Origin: Kofleriaceae bacterium
GTDB lineage: Bacteria; Myxococcota_A; Polyangia; Haliangiales; Haliangiaceae
Reading direction: 5' to 3'
Assembly (NCBI GenBank): GCA_046597055.1
Contig: JBKJLC010000234.1
Location: forward strand, 1 to 32,691
Length of the DNA stretch: 32,691 nucleotides
In this document: piece by piece, positions 29,652 through 32,691 of the stretch
How positions within the stretch are numbered: the first letter of the stretch is position 1
How the letters are laid out: each line of letters begins with the position of its first letter
Translations under genes and position numbers: made by a program
Notes under the pieces: generated by a model
Database searches by the model: none
What the model saw: the letters and a program-made list of their open reading frames with translations, nothing else
Told to the model about the DNA's origin: nothing

Positions 29652-30224
29652 TCAGTCCGGGTCGTTCGCGTCGGCCTCGGCCTCGGCCTTGGCGTCGTCC
29701 GCGAGCGCGGCCTCGGTGGCGGCGTCGTCGAGCACGGCGTTGATGTGCCGGAACAGCGCGCGGCCGGCGCCGGGCGGCTTGCCGGTGGTGCGCTCGGCCC
29801 GGGCCTCCTCGACCAGCCGCGGCAGCGCCTGATGGCTGGCGGTGCGGAAGCTGGCCCGGAACGCGGCGGGCGCGTCGTCCTCGTCGAGCAGCCGGGTCCG
29901 CCAGCGCTCGGCCTGGTGCAGCCGGCGAGGATCGCCGACGCCGGTGATGCGGATGTTCTCGAGGCGCGCGGCGAGCGCCGCCAGGTCGATGCGGCGCAGA
30001 GCGCCGGCCACGGTGCGCTCGGCGCGGCGGCGTGCGACCAGGGCGGTGACGGCGCGAGCCTTGATGATGACCTCCAGGAGGTCTTCGTCGAGGCCCAGCT
30101 TGGCGAGCGAGGACGGCTGCAGCCCCATCAGGTCGTGGGCCAGCTTCTCCGAGCTGTCGCCGGCGTCGCGCCGCTCGCGGCGCGCCACCTGGCGTTTCGT
30201 CTCTCCGTCGTCACGACCGGTCAT
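29652..30224 (-). CDS. darP: Ribosome biogenesis factor YjgA/DarP (DUF615)
   Basis: TKRQ..RR, ARRR, LHQAERWRTRLL and RALFR motifs. Confidence 0.82.
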   Translation of the reverse strand: MTGRDDGETKRQVARRERRDAGDSSEKLAHDLMGLQPSSLAKLGLDEDLLEVIIKARAVTALVARRRAERTVAGALRRIDLAALAARLENIRITGVGDPRRLHQAERWRTRLLDEDDAPAAFRASFRTASHQALPRLVEEARAERTTGKPPGAGRALFRHINAVLDDAATEAALADDAKAEAEADANDPD

Positions 30225-30337
30225 CCCGGCATCATGACCCAGGTTGCCGCCGGCGCGAACCGGCCGGGGCGGCAACGCACCGCCACCGCGGGCTCCGCGG
30301 AGCCGCGCCGCCTCGCGACGCGCGACTCAGAATCAGA

Positions 30338-31804
30338 TCAGAGGAGCTCGGCGAAGGTAGTCGCCGAGGCGTCGCGCGGGCCCGGGGCCGCGGCGTCGAC
30401 CGTGAAGGCGCGGGTCAGGAGGTGGTCGCCGGTGGTCGGGTTCCACAGGCCGTCGTTGGCGAGCTGGATGGCGTAGCGGGCGTCGCCGGCGAGCGAGGCG
30501 TCCTCGTCGGGGAGGCGCAGCGACAGCGCGTAGGTGCCGGCGGCGAGGTCGGCCGGGAGGCGCAGGCGCGCGGTCACCTTCGAGGCCTGGCCGGCGGTCC
30601 AGCGGCGGGCGTCGGCGCCCGCGAGGCGGACCACGTGGCGGGTCGTGCCGTTGCTGAGGACGATCTCGATCGGGCGCTGGTTGTACGGCGACGCGAAGCC
30701 GCTGTTGTGGAGGTCGAGCTCGAGCGCGAGCTCGCCGCCAGGCGCCACCGACTCGGTGTGCGTGACCCGGTCGAGCGCGAAGCGGTAGCCGAGGCGCTGC
30801 TCGATCTCGTCCTGACACCCGCCGGCCTCGAACGCCGAGAGGACGGCCTGGTTGTACTCGCGGTTGAGATACGACCAGTGCTGACCCGCCATCGCGGCGA
30901 TCGCCGACGCGCAGTTGGTCTTGGGGGTGTAGACCGCGCAGGTCTCGCCGCCGATCGCGGTGTAGCGCCCGTCGTCGGCGACGTACGAGGTCCAGCGGTC
31001 GACCGGCGACGCGAAGGTACCGAAGTCCGACGCGCTGGCCAGGAAGCAGTCGTTGTGGTGACCGAGGCGGGCGCGCTTGGTACCGGTGAAGGCCTCGGTC
31101 GCGTCGACCGCGCGGCCCGCGTAAGCCGCCTTGTACATCGGGGTGCGGACCTGGAGGCCCCGCTTGGCGGGGAGCGCCGCCAGGATGGCGTCGAGGATGG
31201 CGCCGCGGTCCGCGTCGTTCTCGAGCCCGTTGGTCGAGCCGTGCCACTCGCCCCACGCGCCGATGAAGCCCGCCTGCATCACCGTGATGATGTCCGCGTG
31301 CTCCTGCAGCAGCGGCCGGAGCTGCGCGATGTGCGCGAGGATCTGGGTCTTCGACGCGTCGGCGGCGAACGCCGCGTTGTACGTGAAGCGGAGGATGACC
31401 TTCACGCCCGCCGCGCGCAGCCGGTCGAAGCCGGCGTCGATCGAGGCCAGCACCACGGCGTCGAGCGCGCGGGTCCGGTAGTCCTCGAGGTTCACGATCG
31501 CGATGGCGATGCTATGCCCGCCGCGGCGGATGCGGCTGGCGTCGCCGGCGCCGCGCAGGTTGTACCCGACGTAGAAGCCACGCTCGGGGTTGACCAGGTC
31601 CGCGCCCGACTCGGTGAACGACAGGACCGTCATCGGGCCGGCCGCGCTGGAGCCCTCGTGCGGCTGGCCCGACCCCTCCGCCACGTCCCCGCTCGCCTCA
31701 CCACTCACGTCATCGTTTCCGGTACCAGTGATTTCACCAGTGCAGGCGCCGAGGGCGAGAGCAGCGAGCGTGAGCCGGAGCGTCGCGAGGAAATCGTTTC
31801 GCAT
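30338..31804 (-). CDS. DUF4874 + DUF4832 lipoprotein (putative glycoside hydrolase fold)
   Basis: Lipobox LGAC, NPERGF, KVILRFTY, QAGFIGAWGEWH, RLGHHNDCFLA, GGETC, HWSYLN and RLGYRF. Confidence 0.9.
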   Translation of the reverse strand: MRNDFLATLRLTLAALALGACTGEITGTGNDDVSGEASGDVAEGSGQPHEGSSAAGPMTVLSFTESGADLVNPERGFYVGYNLRGAGDASRIRRGGHSIAIAIVNLEDYRTRALDAVVLASIDAGFDRLRAAGVKVILRFTYNAAFAADASKTQILAHIAQLRPLLQEHADIITVMQAGFIGAWGEWHGSTNGLENDADRGAILDAILAALPAKRGLQVRTPMYKAAYAGRAVDATEAFTGTKRARLGHHNDCFLASASDFGTFASPVDRWTSYVADDGRYTAIGGETCAVYTPKTNCASAIAAMAGQHWSYLNREYNQAVLSAFEAGGCQDEIEQRLGYRFALDRVTHTESVAPGGELALELDLHNSGFASPYNQRPIEIVLSNGTTRHVVRLAGADARRWTAGQASKVTARLRLPADLAAGTYALSLRLPDEDASLAGDARYAIQLANDGLWNPTTGDHLLTRAFTVDAAAPGPRDASATTFAELL

Positions 31805-31968
31805 TGAGGCCACGTTAGGGCCGGCGGATCCGGGCAGCGACGTGTGATTTCGCCGACCTGGCCTACGTGAGGAGGTGGTGAAGGTCGTATGAGCCCAAAC
31901 GATAACCTTGTATGTGCGACTGGCTCTGACGAATAGGTCCTAGGTCGTAGGACGGATGACCACGTGCG

Positions 31969-31984
31969 CGGCACGTTTTCTGCG
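31969..31984 (+). promoter_or_regulatory. sigma54-like promoter with no downstream + strand gene
   Basis: CGGCACGTTTTCTGCG: GG-N10-GC spacing with a GGCACG -24 box. Confidence 0.5.
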
Positions 31985-31993
31985 AGGGTGACC

Positions 31994-32090
31994 GAGTGCG
32001 ATAGGACGCACCCGAGCAGAAGTCGCAGGTCTGTTATCGCACTCTGTGGTTGCAAAAAAAGTCGCGCCACCTGCCCGCGGCGCGCTCAGC
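31994..32090 (+). ncRNA. Candidate structured small RNA
   Basis: GAGTGCGATA(GGAC)...(GTCT)GT-TATCGCACTC stem (31994-32044) begins at the predicted sigma54 start site; second hairpin at 32063-32084. Confidence 0.3.
32054..32084 (-). terminator. Intrinsic-terminator-like hairpin
   Basis: Minus strand reads CGCGCCGC-GGGCAG-GTGGCGCG-AC-TTTTTTT. Confidence 0.5.
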
Positions 32091-32151
32091 CCGGACGACG
32101 ACGCCCCCACGATTGATCACATTTCGCCATGTGATCGAACGCGCTCACCCT

Positions 32152-32400
32152 TTCCCGGTGTCCCTGAGCCGGCGCCGCAGGCGCCGTGTCGAAGGGGGAT
32201 CAGCGCGCCAAGGTGCCGCCCGTCGCTCCGACGGGCGGCCCTGCGACGGCGGGCTCGCGTGCGCGCGCCCTGGCGCAGGCCACCGGGAAGATGGGTGGGA
32301 TCCAGAGGGCAGACGCCCAGGGTTGTGGCCCGCGCTCCTCGACCGGCCGGCCCTTCGACTTCGGGGTCGCAACGAGCCCTTCGCTCAGGGACACCGGGAA
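32152..32400. repeat. REPIN/MITE-like inverted-repeat element (249 bp)
   Basis: Perfect 18-bp inverted repeats TTCCCGGTGTCCCTGAGC (32152-32169) and GCTCAGGGACACCGGGAA (32383-32400), with nested GTCGAAGGG/CCCTTCGAC and internal hairpins. Confidence 0.7.
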
Positions 32401-32452
32401 GATGTGGCGGATCCCGAGCGACGCCCCGGGACCGCATGCGTGGTGAAGGCCG

Positions 32453-32483
32453 AAAAAAAGTGCGCCGCCCGGTCTGGCGGCGC
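32453..32483 (-). terminator. Intrinsic terminator of the peroxidase gene
   Basis: GCGCCGCC/GGCGGCGC stem plus T7 on the minus strand, about 30 nt after the stop. Confidence 0.75.
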
Positions 32484-32514
32484 GCGACACCCGTCCACGC
32501 TGGCGAGCGCTTGG

Positions 32515-32691
32515 CTACGGCAAGGTGAGGGGCGCGGCCAGATCGGCGGCGGCGATCGACGCGCCGTCGAGGCTCTTGATGAACTGCACGAGGTCGTCGA
32601 TCTCGGCCTCGGTCAGCGCCGGCACGAACTCGAGCTCGTTGAGCGGATCGACCCGCCCGGATCCGCCGCTGAAGTGCGCGATCACCTCGCG
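32515..32691 (-). CDS. 3' end (partial) of a di-heme cytochrome c peroxidase/MauG-family protein
   Basis: REVIAHFSGG..DP...LTEAEIDDLVQFIKSLDG...PLTLP* resembles the CcP/MauG C-terminus; TAG at 32515-32517. Confidence 0.65.
   Translation of the reverse strand, partial: REVIAHFSGGSGRVDPLNELEFVPALTEAEIDDLVQFIKSLDGASIAAADLAAPLTLP

Noticed and set aside
31805..32150. Riboswitch in front of the DUF4832 gene
   Set aside because: No known aptamer consensus recognised, and the gene appears to have its own leaderless -10 box.

Overview
High-GC (roughly 70-75% by eye) bacterial window with clear Myxococcota signatures: a MYXO-CTERM tail, a Myxococcales-type ECF sigma factor, HRDVSPxN-type Hanks kinases, fibro-slime and DUF6748-like lipoproteins, and sigma54 promoters. 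About 25 genes or gene fragments are supported. In order: end of a DUF3427-type gene; a truncated lipoprotein; a DUF3253-DUF4385 fusion; a VPEID-CTERM/exosortase E cassette; P450; a HerA-like ATPase; two convergent Ser/Thr kinases; an alpha/beta hydrolase; an ECF sigma; YqjF and macrodomain genes; a glycan-binding protein plus pentaheme cytochrome; a ROK repressor plus fibro-slime lipoprotein; a serine hydrolase; an M49-like peptidase; a metallophosphoesterase remnant; a PLC/P1-nuclease-like MYXO-CTERM protein; DarP; a DUF4874/DUF4832 lipoprotein; and the end of a di-heme peroxidase. The best candidates for something new are: (1) a single-chain kinase-TM-PstS-OmpA receptor, possibly a peptidoglycan-anchored phosphate sensor; (2) a sigma54 promoter aimed at an ORF-free hairpin region, a candidate sRNA, next to a REPIN/MITE-like element; (3) a ROK regulator with a XylR-like operator controlling a fibro-slime protein; (4) recurrent leaderless TANNNT promoters. 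No CRISPR array, tRNA, rRNA or transposase was seen. All family calls come from motif recognition, not database searches.
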